Source: Alphaproteobacteria bacterium (GTDB taxonomy: Bacteria; Pseudomonadota; Alphaproteobacteria; MPNO01; VGEU01). From it: a stretch of 64,000 bases of DNA. Shown here piece after piece: positions 40,512 to 53,053 of the stretch. The stretch covers positions 3,605-67,604 of the forward strand of contig VGEU01000005.1 of the NCBI GenBank assembly GCA_016869145.1. The letters are read 5' to 3'. The notes beneath the pieces are model-generated. The model had not been told where the DNA came from. It did no database searches and saw only the letters and a list, made by a program, of their open reading frames with translations. The position numbers and the translations under genes are program-made. The first letter of the stretch is position 1; each line of letters opens with the position of its first letter.

Positions 40512-41393
40512 TCAGGTCGCAAACGCGTCGCGCGGATCGACGGCGCTGCCGAGATACTGGCGGAGCTTGCCGAGCGCCTTGCTCTCGATCTGGCGAATCC
40601 GCTCCTTGGTCACCCCGTAATCCTCGCCGATATCGGCGAGCGTCGTGCGGCGATCGTCGTTGAGAAAGCGGCGCGTGATAATCTGGCGCTCGCGCGGGGT
40701 CAGGCGCTGGAGCGCGCTCTGCAGATGCATCGAGAAGGTCCGCCGGTCGCGCCGCTCCATCACGTCGGCCTCGGGCGTGGGGCGGCTGTCGGCGAGGAAG
40801 TCCTGCAGCTCGTCGGTGTCCTCGCCGCCGATGCCGGCATTGAGCGAGCGGTCGGGCCGTGACAGATGCGCCTCCATCCGCTCCACCGCCTCGATCGGCA
40901 CACGCAGCTCGTCGGCGATGCGCCGGCACTCCTGAGAGGTCATCGGCCCGCTTGGGTTGGAGCCGATCCGCGCCCGCAGGCGCCGCAGGTTGAAGAAGAG
41001 GCTCTTCTGCGCCGGCGTCGTTCCGATCCGGACGATCGAGGCGTTGCGGACGATGTATTCCTGGATGGCGGCGAGGATCCACCAGGTTGCATAGGTCGAG
41101 AATCGGACCTCGCGGTCGGGGTCGAACCGGTTGGCGGCCTCGAGCAGCCCGACATTGCCTTCCTGGATGAGATCGCTGAGCGGCAGGCCGTAGCCGCGGA
41201 AGCCGGCCGCGATCCGGACCACGAGGCGGATGTGCGCGGTGATGATCTTCTGCAGGGCGACCTTGTCGCCGTGGTCGCGCCAGCGCCGGGCGAGCGCCGA
41301 TTCCTCGGCGCGCTCGAGGAGCGGCACCTGCATCGCGGTGGCGATATAGCGGCGGTCGTTCCGGTCGGGGGAAACGCTGGTGGTCTGCGGCAT
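40512..41393 (-). CDS. rpoH: RNA polymerase sigma-32 family factor (RpoH2-like)
   Basis: DLIQEGNVGL, RFSTYATWW, RpoH box IVRIGTTPAQKSLFFNLRR, KERIRQIE. Confidence 0.88.
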   Translation of the reverse strand: MPQTTSVSPDRNDRRYIATAMQVPLLERAEESALARRWRDHGDKVALQKIITAHIRLVVRIAAGFRGYGLPLSDLIQEGNVGLLEAANRFDPDREVRFSTYATWWILAAIQEYIVRNASIVRIGTTPAQKSLFFNLRRLRARIGSNPSGPMTSQECRRIADELRVPIEAVERMEAHLSRPDRSLNAGIGGEDTDELQDFLADSRPTPEADVMERRDRRTFSMHLQSALQRLTPRERQIITRRFLNDDRRTTLADIGEDYGVTKERIRQIESKALGKLRQYLGSAVDPRDAFAT

Positions 41394-41627
41394 CGGGGGC
41401 CTCCTCGGGGGGGCGCGGTGGCTCGATTCCTATCGAGTCGACACTAAGTTATCCGGGGCGCCCGGCCCGCGCCATAATTAATTTCGACTCGCTATCAAAT
41501 CTGGTGCCCGTGCGACCTGGCCCGGCCATTCGGTCATGCCACGCTCGGCCCGAATCCATCGGGGTGTCTGGTCTTGGTCGCCGGCTCGCCCTACCTCACG
41601 TCGGTCCCTAGGCAGGAATACCACCTT

Positions 41628-42215
41628 ATGCCCCATCGAGCCCGTACCGCCGAACTGATCGACCGGCTGTCGCGCATCACCCATACGGTGCAGTTCGCCG
41701 GTGACCTGAACCCCGCGCAGTGGGAGGCGCTCCGGTTCCTCGGCAAGGCCAACCGCTACTCGATGACGCCGGGGGCGCTCGCCGAATATATGGCGACGAC
41801 CAAGGGGACGGCGTCGCAGACCATCAACGCGCTCGAGGCCAAGGGCCTCGTGTCGCGCACGCGGTCCGCGACCGATCGGCGCTCGGTCCACATCGCGTTG
41901 ACTGCCGCCGGGGAGAGCCTGTTGCGCCAGGACCCGCTCGACGTGATCGAGCACGCGGCCGGTACGCTCTCCGCGACCGATCAAGCCGCCCTCGTCGCCG
42001 CGATCGAACGGCTGGTCGATCGGCTCCAGGGCGCGATCGGCAAGCCGACCTTCGGTTTGTGCGCCAAGTGCGCGCATTTCGTGCCGACGGCGGGCCGCGA
42101 GATCGCGTGCGGCGGCCAGTGCGCGCTGACGGGCGATGCGCTCGGCGTGGGCGAGGTCGACCGCCTGTGCGTCGATTTCGAGCCCAAGAACGCGGTCGAG
42201 GACGCCGCCGCCTAG
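41628..42215 (+). CDS. MarR-family regulator with Cys-rich C-terminal extension
   Basis: LNPAQWEALRFL, LEAKGLV.R...DRRS winged helix; C-terminal CAKC...C...C...C. AGGAA RBS. Confidence 0.85.
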   Translation: MPHRARTAELIDRLSRITHTVQFAGDLNPAQWEALRFLGKANRYSMTPGALAEYMATTKGTASQTINALEAKGLVSRTRSATDRRSVHIALTAAGESLLRQDPLDVIEHAAGTLSATDQAALVAAIERLVDRLQGAIGKPTFGLCAKCAHFVPTAGREIACGGQCALTGDALGVGEVDRLCVDFEPKNAVEDAAA

Positions 42216-42652
42216 TTGGTGCCGCCGCACAGCGCGAGATAGGCCTCGAGCGGGCGGCGCATATAGTCGGGGAACGGGATCGTCTTCATCGTCTCCTTCG
42301 AGGCGAGGCAGCTGACGAGGTTGGCGGTGAGGATCTCGCGGCCCTCGTCGTGGCCGAGGATCGCGTAGTGCATCGACGACCGGCCGAGCCGGTGCAGCAC
42401 CAGCGTCAGCGCGATATTGTCGCCCATGCGCCGGGCGACCTTGAAGTCCGTGTCGACGTGGACGAACGGGAACATCCGGCCGTGGACCAGGAACTCGTCG
42501 GCCATCGGCACGCCGAGCGCGACCTCGAACCATTCCTCGAACAGGTCGGCGAACATCCGGAAGAACTCCGGATAGAAGACGATTCCCGCCGGGTCGCAGT
42601 GCGAGAAGGCGATGCGCCGTTGCACGGTGAAAGCGCCGGGGGGAAGGTCCAT
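42212..42652 (-). CDS. Acyl-CoA thioesterase (4-hydroxybenzoyl-CoA thioesterase family)
   Basis: FSHCDPAGIVFYP motif, hot-dog fold, GRSS. Confidence 0.88.
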   Translation of the reverse strand: MDLPPGAFTVQRRIAFSHCDPAGIVFYPEFFRMFADLFEEWFEVALGVPMADEFLVHGRMFPFVHVDTDFKVARRMGDNIALTLVLHRLGRSSMHYAILGHDEGREILTANLVSCLASKETMKTIPFPDYMRRPLEAYLALCGGTN

Positions 42653-42825
42653 CTGCGATCTCCACGGTGGATGGGTGCGCGACGCGCGTTCTATCGGCGC
42701 CGGGCGGCCCAGGCAAGCCGGGGCCGTTAACGGCCTGTTCGCACGACCGCCGCATGAATCGGGTTGACGCGCCCGGTAGCGATTCCGGTTGCGTCTGCTA
42801 CAGTGACCACAAGCGGCCGGCGAGC

Positions 42826-43032
42826 ATGGGCAGCAGGACGGGCGAGGTTCTCCTCGAGTTCCACCGGATCGGGAACGCCGTGAAGGTCACGGCCATCGAT
42901 GCGGCGACGCTCGTCGAAGTGTCCATCGTCGGCGCGGCGAGGTCGAGCGAGGCCGAACTCACCCGCATCGCGATCAACAAGCTCACCTACGTGATCAGCC
43001 GTCGGCGCGACGGCCGCGGCACGGTCGCCTGA
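42826..43032 (+). CDS. Small conserved hypothetical protein (DUF6898-like)
   Basis: EVLLEF.RIGN.VKVTAID..TLVEVSIVG, resembling a family I recall from Rhodospirillales. Confidence 0.7.
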   Translation: MGSRTGEVLLEFHRIGNAVKVTAIDAATLVEVSIVGAARSSEAELTRIAINKLTYVISRRRDGRGTVA

Positions 43033-43081
43033 CCGTCGGCGGCAGCCGGGCCGGCGAGGGCCGATCCGGCTCCCGGTGCCG

Positions 43082-43996
43082 ATGGAATATTTTCTCCAGC
43101 AGCTCATCAACGGCATCACGCTCGGCGCCATCTACGGCCTGATCGCGATCGGCTACACGATGGTCTACGGAATCATCGGGATGATCAACTTCGCCCACGG
43201 CGAGATCTACATGATCGGGGCCTTCATCGCGCTCGGCACGATCCTCGCGATCGGTCCAGTCGGCGCCGGTGCGGTCGTGCTCGCGATCCTCCTCGCGCTC
43301 CTTGTCGCGATGATGCTGACCGCGACCTATGGCTGGATGCTCGAGCGCGTCGCCTATCGGCCGCTCCGCGGCGCGCCGCGCCTCGCCGCGCTGATCTCGG
43401 CGATCGGCATGTCGATCCTGCTCCAGAACTATGTCCAGCTCACCCAGGGTGCCCGCGTCAAGACTCTGCAGCCGCTCGTCGCCGGCGGCTTCACGCTGAT
43501 GGAGCACGATGGCTTCGAGGTATCGCTCAGCTACATGCAGATCCTGATCGTCGTCGCGACGATCGCGCTGATGACGATCTTCACGCTCGTCATCACGCGC
43601 ACCGCGCTCGGGCGTGCGCAGCGGGCGTGCGAGCAGGATTCGACCATGGCCGCGCTCGTCGGCATCAACGTCGACCGCACCATCGCGCTCACCTTCGTGA
43701 TGGGCGCAGCCCTCGCCGCCGTCGCTGGCTTGATGGTGACGCTCTATTACGGCGTGATCGATTTCTTCATCGGCTTCGTCGCCGGTATCAAGGCGTTCAC
43801 CGCGGCCGTCTTCGGCGGCATCGGATCGATACCGGGCGCGATCCTGGGCGGGCTCCTGATCGGGCTGATCGAGGCGTTCTGGTCGGGCTATTTCTCGATC
43901 GAGTACAAGGACGTCGCGGCGTTCTCGATCCTCGTGCTCGTGCTCCTGTTCCGGCCGACCGGGCTCCTCGGCCGGCCCGAGGTGGAGAAGGTCTGA
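43082..43996 (+). CDS. livH: Branched-chain amino acid ABC permease
   Basis: [43 protein letters not shown]. Confidence 0.96.
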   Translation: MEYFLQQLINGITLGAIYGLIAIGYTMVYGIIGMINFAHGEIYMIGAFIALGTILAIGPVGAGAVVLAILLALLVAMMLTATYGWMLERVAYRPLRGAPRLAALISAIGMSILLQNYVQLTQGARVKTLQPLVAGGFTLMEHDGFEVSLSYMQILIVVATIALMTIFTLVITRTALGRAQRACEQDSTMAALVGINVDRTIALTFVMGAALAAVAGLMVTLYYGVIDFFIGFVAGIKAFTAAVFGGIGSIPGAILGGLLIGLIEAFWSGYFSIEYKDVAAFSILVLVLLFRPTGLLGRPEVEKV

Positions 43997-43998
43997 CG

Positions 43999-45440
<1,442 letters not shown>

Positions 45441-45444
<4 letters not shown>

Positions 45445-46262
45445 ACGCGAGCCCGCCGCTTCTCGATGTCTCGAATCTCACCATACGGTTCGGCGGGCTC
45501 CTCGCGGTCGACGCGGTCTCGTTCCGCGCCGACGACCGCGCGATCACCGCGATCATCGGGCCCAACGGCGCCGGCAAGACGACGGTCTTCAACTGCCTCA
45601 CCGGGTTCTACCGGCCGTCCTCGGGCGCGCTCGCGCTCCGCCACGGCGGGCAGAGCTTCGCGCTCGAGGCGATGCCCGACCACCGGATCGCCGCCGAGGC
45701 GCGGCTTGCGCGCACGTTCCAGAACATCCGCCTGTTCCCGCAGATGACGGTGCTCGAGAACCTGATCCTCGCCCAGCATCGGACGCTGATGCGTGCCTCG
45801 GGCTATACGATCCTCGCGCTCGTCGGTCTCGGCGGCTACGCACGCGCCGAGCGCGCGGCGGTCGAGCGCGCGCGCTTCTGGCTCGATCGCGTCGGCCTTC
45901 TCGCTCACGCCGACGACGAGGCCGCCAGCCTCGCCTATGGCGACCAGCGGCGGCTCGAGATCGCCCGTGCGATGTGCACCGATCCGGTGCTCCTCTGTCT
46001 CGACGAACCGGCGGCCGGGCTCAATGCACGCGAAACCGGCGCGCTCAGCGCGCTCCTCGGCGAGATCCGCGACGATCACGGCGTCGCGATCCTCCTGATC
46101 GAGCACGACATGGCGCTCGTCATGGCGATCTCGGATCGGATCGTCGTTCTCGAATATGGCCGCAAGATCGCCGACGGGCCGCCGTCGGCGGTGCGCGCCG
46201 ATCCCGCGGTGATCGCGGCCTATCTCGGCACCGGCGACAGCGACGGCATGGCGGCGGTCTGA
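45441..46262 (+). CDS. livG: Branched-chain amino acid ABC ATPase
   Basis: [29 protein letters not shown]. Confidence 0.95.
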
Positions 46263-46266
46263 GCCG

Positions 46267-47004
<738 letters not shown>

Positions 47005-47058
47005 CCCCTCGCATCACTAGGTTCTAGTCGTGGCATCCACAAACCGGGGAGATAGCCC

Positions 47059-48165
47059 ATGAAGCGAAGCACCATGTTGATGACGGCCGCGCTCGCGGTG
47101 GCGGTCGGGTTCGGGGCGGCCGCACGCGCGGAGATCGTCGTCGCCGTCGTCGGGCCGATGTCCGGCAAGGAGGCGGCGTTCGGCGAACAGATGCGGCGCG
47201 GCGCCGAGATGGCGATCGCGCATCTCAACGCCGCCGCCGGCGTCCTCGGCCAGAAGCTGAAGCTCGAAATCGGCGACGACCGTTGCGATCCCAAGGAGGC
47301 GGTCGCCGTCGCGAACCAGATGGTCGGGAAGAAGGTGCGGTTCGTCGCCGGCCACTTCTGCTCCGGCTCTTCGATCCCGGCGTCGCGGGTCTACAACGAG
47401 GAGGGCATCGTCCAGATTTCACCCGCCTCGACCAACCCGCAGCTCACCGAGCAGGGATTCTCCAACGTCTTCCGTGTCTGCGGTCGTGACGATCAGCAGG
47501 GCAAGGTCGCCGGCGATTTCCTCGCCGACCGGTTCAAGGGCAAGCGGATCGCGATCCTCCACGACAAGACCGCCTATGGTAAGGGTCTCGCCGACGAAAC
47601 GAAGAAGGCGTTGAACGCCAAGGGCGTGACCGAGGCGCTCTACGAGGCCTACACCGCGGGAGAAAAGGATTACGGCCCGCTCGTGAGCAAGATGAAACAA
47701 AGCCGCGTCGACGCGGTCTATGTCGGCGGCTACCACACCGAAGCCGGACTGATCACCCGCCAGATGCGCGAGCAGGGCATGGACGCCCAGATCGTGTCGG
47801 GCGACGCGATGGTGACCAACGAATACTGGGCGATCACAGGCAATGCCGGCCAGGGCGCGTTGATGACCTTCAGCCCTGATCCGCGCAAGAACCCGGCGAA
47901 CGCGCAGATCGTCGATCAGTTCCGCCGCGCGGGCGGTGACCCCGAAGGCTACACGCTCTACACCTATGGTGCGATCCAGGCCTGGGTGCAGGCGGTCACG
48001 AAGGCCGCCAAGGCGGATTCCGCCGCCGTGATCGCAGCCCTCAGGGGCAACCAGTTCGAGACCGTGCTGGGACGGATCGGCTTCGACCGCAAGGGCGACG
48101 TCACCGCACCCGGTTATGTCTTCTACCAGTGGAAGGACGGGAAATACGACTACTACACGCCTTGA
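47059..48165 (+). CDS. livK: Branched-chain amino acid ABC substrate-binding protein
   Basis: Signal peptide, GDDRCDPK.AV, GHFCSGSSIPAS, FRVCGRDDQQG. Confidence 0.93.
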   Translation: MKRSTMLMTAALAVAVGFGAAARAEIVVAVVGPMSGKEAAFGEQMRRGAEMAIAHLNAAAGVLGQKLKLEIGDDRCDPKEAVAVANQMVGKKVRFVAGHFCSGSSIPASRVYNEEGIVQISPASTNPQLTEQGFSNVFRVCGRDDQQGKVAGDFLADRFKGKRIAILHDKTAYGKGLADETKKALNAKGVTEALYEAYTAGEKDYGPLVSKMKQSRVDAVYVGGYHTEAGLITRQMREQGMDAQIVSGDAMVTNEYWAITGNAGQGALMTFSPDPRKNPANAQIVDQFRRAGGDPEGYTLYTYGAIQAWVQAVTKAAKADSAAVIAALRGNQFETVLGRIGFDRKGDVTAPGYVFYQWKDGKYDYYTP

Positions 48166-48191
48166 GCGCGACGCTCGTCGGCGCTAGCTCG

Positions 48192-48219
48192 CGACGCCCG
48201 GGATGGTTCCCGGGCGTCG
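48192..48219. terminator. Bidirectional hairpin between livK and mucR
   Basis: CGACGCCCGGGA-TGGT-TCCCGGGCGTCG, a perfect 12-bp stem. Confidence 0.7.
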
Positions 48220-48257
48220 TCGTTGCAGGCGGCACACGGAACTACGATCGGCGCGCT

Positions 48258-48716
48258 TCAGACCGCGCCGCGGCGGCCGCAGCGCGGCGCCCGCTCGCCG
48301 CGACGACGCCCGAGGCCGATCTTCTTGGCGAAATCGGAGCGTTGCGCGGCGTAGTTGGGGGCGACCATCGGATAGACCGGCGGCAGGCCCCATTTCGCCC
48401 GGTACTCGTCGGGCGTCATGTTGTAGGCGGCGCGCAGATGCCGTTTGAGCATCTTGAGCTTCTTGCCATCCTCGAGGCACACGATGTACTCGGGTGTAAC
48501 CGAGCGCCGGACGCTCACCGCCGGCTTCAGGGGTTCGTTGGGGGACGCGATGTCCTCGTCGTTCAAGGACGCTGACAGCGAACGGTAGACCGTGTTGATC
48601 ACGTCCGGGACTTGGCTAGAGGCAACTGTATTATGTCCGACATAGGTGGCGACGATGTCGACCGCCATACGGAGCACGCCAATACGATCCACTTTCTTGC
48701 CGTTATCTTCGCTCAT
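48258..48716 (-). CDS. mucR: Ros/MucR zinc-finger regulator
   Basis: DIVATYV, PAVSVRRSV, IVCLEDGKKLKMLKRHL, YPMVAPNY...RS..AKKIGLG. Confidence 0.96.
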   Translation of the reverse strand: MSEDNGKKVDRIGVLRMAVDIVATYVGHNTVASSQVPDVINTVYRSLSASLNDEDIASPNEPLKPAVSVRRSVTPEYIVCLEDGKKLKMLKRHLRAAYNMTPDEYRAKWGLPPVYPMVAPNYAAQRSDFAKKIGLGRRRGERAPRCGRRGAV

Positions 48717-49077
48717 CGGGTGTTTGGCCTGAGTTGCAGGTTAGAGCCAACCGCATCAATTCGGAGCCGCCAATTTGCACGGTAGGATTTTGAAGTCAAT
48801 CCAAAACCAAGTGCAGATCGGCGCGCCGTTCGTCTGGCAGGTGTTGTATTCTTAGTGGGCCCCCATAGTTTTTCATTCGTCGGCGCGAAGTAATCCGCCG
48901 AAGTGTGGCGGAAGTTGGTCGGCTTTCCGGCCCTGACGGGGAATCTCGCGGGCAGGCCGTCCACCGGGGTCCCCGGAGGCCGCTGGGGAGAGGACGACTT
49001 CTTGTGTCGGGCTTACGCCCCATGTCGAGATGTGGTATTCCACCACCGGCACGCGAACCCGGAGCGCGGATCCCCGG

Positions 49078-49512
49078 ATGCCACCGACCACCATCGCCAT
49101 CGCCGCCGACCACGCCGGCTACGCGTTGAAGCGCGCGCTCGTCGCGGTGCTGGCGGACATGGGCTGCCTGGTCGTCGATCTCGGGACCGAGGGCGAGGCC
49201 TCGGTCGACTATCCCGACTTCGCCGACCGCCTCGTTGCGGCGCTGTCGCGGAGCGAGGCGGGGGCAGGCGTGCTCGTCTGCGGCAGCGGCATCGGGATGT
49301 CGATCGCGGCGAACCGTCATCCCGGCATCCGCGCCGCGTTGTGCGGGACGGTCGAGATGGCCCGCCTCGCACGCCAGCACAACGACGCCAACGTCCTCGT
49401 GTTGGGGGCGCGGTTGATCGATGCCGAAACGGCCTCGGCCTGCCTCGGCGCGTTTCTCGCCACGCCCTTCGACGGCGGCCGGCACGCGCGTCGGGTGGCG
49501 AAGCTCGCCTGA
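49078..49512 (+). CDS. rpiB: Ribose-5-phosphate isomerase B
   Basis: AADHAG, SVDYPD, CGSGIG, ANRH, HNDAN, FDGGRH..RV. Confidence 0.96.
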   Translation: MPPTTIAIAADHAGYALKRALVAVLADMGCLVVDLGTEGEASVDYPDFADRLVAALSRSEAGAGVLVCGSGIGMSIAANRHPGIRAALCGTVEMARLARQHNDANVLVLGARLIDAETASACLGAFLATPFDGGRHARRVAKLA

Positions 49513-49562
49513 TCCGCCGGTGATCCGATGTCCACGCGTGCGCCAGTGAAGGAAGTTTCCGT

Positions 49563-50873
49563 ATGAACGCCGTCGATGTGGCCAGCCGGGCGACGCGCCT
49601 CGATCGTTTCTTCGGCGATCGCCTGGCGGTGGCCGATCCCGAGCTCCATGCCGCCGTCGGCCGGGAGCTCGATCGCCAGCAGCGCCACATCGAGCTCATC
49701 GCCTCCGAGAACATCGTCTCGCGCGCGGTGCTCGAGGCGGCGGGCTCGGTCCTCACCAACAAATACGCCGAAGGCTATCCGGGCCGGCGCTACTATGGCG
49801 GCTGCGAGTTCGTTGACATCGCCGAGGAGCTCGCGCGCGAGCGTGCGAAGCGGCTGTTCGCCTGCGCCTTCGCCAATGTTCAGCCGCACTCGGGCGCACA
49901 GGCCAACGCGGCGGTCTATTTCGCGCTGCTCAAGCCCGGCGACACGCTCCTCGGCATGTCGCTCGCCGCCGGCGGGCACCTGACGCACGGAGCGGCGCCC
50001 AATTTGTCGGGCCGCTGGCTCAACCCGGTCCAGTACGGCGTCCGCCGCGACGATGCGCGGATCGACCTTGACGAGGTGGAACGTCTCGCGCGCGAGCACC
50101 GCCCGCGCATCATCGTCGCCGGCGGCTCGGCCTATCCGCGCGTCATCGACTTCGCGCGGTTCCGCGCCATCGCCGATTCCGTCGGCGCCTATCTCATGGT
50201 CGACATGGCGCATTTCGCGGGCCTCGTCGCCGCCGGCGTCCACCCGAGCCCGCTGCCGCACGCCCATGTCGTGACGACCACGACACACAAGACGCTCCGC
50301 GGTCCGCGCGGCGGGATGATCCTCTCGAACGACGAGGAGATCGGAAAGAAGATCAACAGCGCGGTCTTCCCCGGCACCCAAGGTGGGCCGCTGATGCACA
50401 TCATCGCGGCGAAGGCGGTTGCGTTCCACGAGGCGCTGCAGCCGGGGTTCCGCGACTATGCGAAGGCCGTGGTGGAGAACGCGGCGGTGCTCGCCGCGAG
50501 CCTGCAATCGAAGGGCTTCGACATCGTCTCCGGCGGCACCGACACCCATCTCCTCCTGGTCGATCTCCGCGCCCGCCGGCTCACCGGCAAGGACGCCGAG
50601 ACGACGCTCGGGCGGGCCAACATGACCTGCAACAAGAACGGCGTGCCGTTCGATCCCGAGAAGCCGACGATCACCTCGGGCGTCCGGCTCGGCTCGCCGG
50701 CCGCGACGACGCGCGGCTTCGGCCCGGGCGAGTTCGCCGAGGTCGGGGCGATGATCGCCGAGGTGCTCGACGGCCTCGCGCGGAGCAACGGCGACAACAG
50801 CGCGACCGAGGCCTCGGTGCGTGCGCGTGTCGAGGCGTTGTGCCGGCGCTTTCCGATCTATCCCGGCATGTAG
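49563..50873 (+). CDS. glyA: Serine hydroxymethyltransferase
   Basis: [38 protein letters not shown]. Confidence 0.98.
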   Translation: MNAVDVASRATRLDRFFGDRLAVADPELHAAVGRELDRQQRHIELIASENIVSRAVLEAAGSVLTNKYAEGYPGRRYYGGCEFVDIAEELARERAKRLFACAFANVQPHSGAQANAAVYFALLKPGDTLLGMSLAAGGHLTHGAAPNLSGRWLNPVQYGVRRDDARIDLDEVERLAREHRPRIIVAGGSAYPRVIDFARFRAIADSVGAYLMVDMAHFAGLVAAGVHPSPLPHAHVVTTTTHKTLRGPRGGMILSNDEEIGKKINSAVFPGTQGGPLMHIIAAKAVAFHEALQPGFRDYAKAVVENAAVLAASLQSKGFDIVSGGTDTHLLLVDLRARRLTGKDAETTLGRANMTCNKNGVPFDPEKPTITSGVRLGSPAATTRGFGPGEFAEVGAMIAEVLDGLARSNGDNSATEASVRARVEALCRRFPIYPGM

Positions 50874-50891
50874 CGAGGAACGGGTCCGACC

Positions 50892-51356
50892 ATGAAATGC
50901 CCCTTCTGCGGGAACGAGGATACCCAGGTCAAGGACTCGCGACCGACCGAGGACAACAGCGCCATCCGGCGCCGCCGCGCCTGCAACGCCTGCGGCATGC
51001 GGTTCACGACCTTCGAGCGCGTGCAATTGCGCGAGCTCACGGTGGTCAAGCAGAACGGACGACGCGAGTCCTTCGATCGCGAAAAGATCGTGCGTTCGAT
51101 GATGATCGCGCTCCGCAAGCGGCCGGTCGATCCGGATCGGGTCGAGCGCGCGATCAGCGGCATCATCCGCCGCCTCGAAGGCTCGGGCGAGTCCGACATC
51201 CCGTCGGCCAATATCGGCGAGCTCGTGATGGACGCGCTCGCCAACATCGATCCCGTCGCCTATGTCCGCTTCGCCTCGGTCTACCGGAATTTCCGCGAGG
51301 CGCGCGACTTCGAGGACTTCGTCGGAGCGTTGAGTGCCAGAGACGACAAGGACTGA
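50892..51356 (+). CDS. nrdR: Transcriptional repressor NrdR
   Basis: [24 protein letters not shown] cone, AYVRFASVY. Confidence 0.98.
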   Translation: MKCPFCGNEDTQVKDSRPTEDNSAIRRRRACNACGMRFTTFERVQLRELTVVKQNGRRESFDREKIVRSMMIALRKRPVDPDRVERAISGIIRRLEGSGESDIPSANIGELVMDALANIDPVAYVRFASVYRNFREARDFEDFVGALSARDDKD

Positions 51357-52446
51357 CGACGCGCGCTACATGCGTGTCGCGATCGGGCTCGCCCGACGCG
51401 GCCACGGCAATGTCTGGCCGAACCCGGCGGTCGGTTGCGTCATCGTTCGCGACGGCGCGATCGTCGGTCGCGGCTGGACGCAGCCGACCGGGCGTCCCCA
51501 TGCCGAGACCGAGGCGCTCCGGCGTGCCGGCGAGGCGGCCCGCGGGGCGACCGTCTATGTCTCGCTCGAGCCCTGTTCGCATTACGGCCAGACGCCGCCC
51601 TGCACCTCCGCCCTGATCGCCGCCGGCGTCGCCCGCGTCGTCATCGCGATCGTCGATCCCGATCCGCGCGTCGACGGCAGGGGCCTCGCCCAGCTCCGTG
51701 CCGCCGGGATCGCCGTCACGCTCGGAACCAGCGCGGACGCGGCGACGGCGGTGAACCAGGGCTTTCTCCTCCGCCTCCGCGACATGTGCCCGCTCGTGAC
51801 CCTCAAGCTCGCGACGACGCTCGACGGCCGGATCACGACGCGGCGCGGTGACAGCCGCTGGATCACCGGCCCCGTCGCGCGCGATCTCGGGCACGGGCTC
51901 CGCGCCCGCCACGATGCGATCCTCGTCGGCATCGGCACCGCGCTCGCCGACGATCCCGCGCTCACCTGCCGGCTGCCCGGCCTCGGAGCACGGTCTCCGG
52001 TGCGGGTCGTGCTCGATCCGCGGCTCCGTTTACCGACGCAGTCGGCACTGGTCGTCACGGCCGCGGAGACGGCGACCTGGGTGATTGCGGGTCCCGATCC
52101 CGATCCGGCGCGCCGCGCCACCCTCGAGGCCGCCGGCGTCGTCGTGATCGCGCTGCCCGCCGGCGCAGATGGACGACCCGATGCGCGCACCGTCGCGACC
52201 GAGCTGGCGGCGCGCGGCATCACGCGGCTTCTGATCGAAGGCGGCGGTACGGTCGCGGCCGCTTTCGTCGCCGCCGGGCTGGTCGATCGGCTGGTCTGGC
52301 ATCGCGCCGCGACGGTGATCGGCGGCGACGGGCTTGCCGGCATCGGCGCGCTCGCGGTGGACGAACTCAAAGACGCCGCCGGCTTCGTCATGCTAGGGTC
52401 GCAGCCGGCCGGCCCGGACCGGATCGAGACCTACGCACGCCCCTAG
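51334..52446 (+). CDS. ribD: Bifunctional riboflavin deaminase/reductase
   Basis: PNPAVGC, PHAE, LEPCSH.G.TPPC, reductase domain with IEGGG. Confidence 0.96.
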   Translation: MPETTRTDDARYMRVAIGLARRGHGNVWPNPAVGCVIVRDGAIVGRGWTQPTGRPHAETEALRRAGEAARGATVYVSLEPCSHYGQTPPCTSALIAAGVARVVIAIVDPDPRVDGRGLAQLRAAGIAVTLGTSADAATAVNQGFLLRLRDMCPLVTLKLATTLDGRITTRRGDSRWITGPVARDLGHGLRARHDAILVGIGTALADDPALTCRLPGLGARSPVRVVLDPRLRLPTQSALVVTAAETATWVIAGPDPDPARRATLEAAGVVVIALPAGADGRPDARTVATELAARGITRLLIEGGGTVAAAFVAAGLVDRLVWHRAATVIGGDGLAGIGALAVDELKDAAGFVMLGSQPAGPDRIETYARP

Positions 52447-52463
52447 GGAGCCCGCGACCGCGC

Positions 52464-53051
52464 ATGTTCACCGGTATCGTCACCGACGTCGGACGGGTCC
52501 GCGCGATCGAGAAGCGGGGCGATACGCGCCTCGTGATCGAGACCGCCTACGACACGGCCGCGGTCGACATCGGCGCCTCGATCGCCTGCTCCGGCCCGTG
52601 CCTGACGGTGGTCGACAAGGGACCGGGCTGGTTCGCCGTCGAGGCCTCGGCCGAGACGCTCGCCCGCACGACCATCGGCGGCTGGCGCGAGAAATCGCGG
52701 GTCAATCTCGAACGCGCCGTCCGGGTCGGCGACGAGCTCGGCGGCCACATCGTGACCGGCCATGTCGACGCGATCGGACGGCTGATCGATCGCACCCCGG
52801 AGGGCGACAGCGTGCGGTGCCGCTTCGAGGTCCCGGAGACGCTCAAGCGCTACATCGCCGAGAAGGGCTCCGTCGCCGTAGACGGCGTCTCGCTCACCAT
52901 CAACGAGGTGGCGGGCGCCCGCTTCGGGGTCAACATCATCAGCCATACCCGGGCGCACACGACGCTGGGCGCGCTCGCCGTCGGTGACCGCGTCAACATT
53001 GAGGTCGATGTCATCGCGCGTTATGTCGCGCGCATGGTGGAGAAGGACTGA
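52464..53051 (+). CDS. ribE: Riboflavin synthase
   Basis: MFTGI N-terminus, [27 protein letters not shown]. Confidence 0.96.
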   Translation: MFTGIVTDVGRVRAIEKRGDTRLVIETAYDTAAVDIGASIACSGPCLTVVDKGPGWFAVEASAETLARTTIGGWREKSRVNLERAVRVGDELGGHIVTGHVDAIGRLIDRTPEGDSVRCRFEVPETLKRYIAEKGSVAVDGVSLTINEVAGARFGVNIISHTRAHTTLGALAVGDRVNIEVDVIARYVARMVEKD

Positions 53052-53053
53052 AG

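Noticed and set aside
41474-41483. CtrA box at the rpoH2 promoter
   Set aside because: TTAA at 41478 has no second half-site at 7-nt spacing on either side.
48890-49077. Glycine riboswitch before glyA
   Set aside because: CGCCGAAG and GGAGAG occur but in the wrong order, and the CTCTCAGG element is missing.
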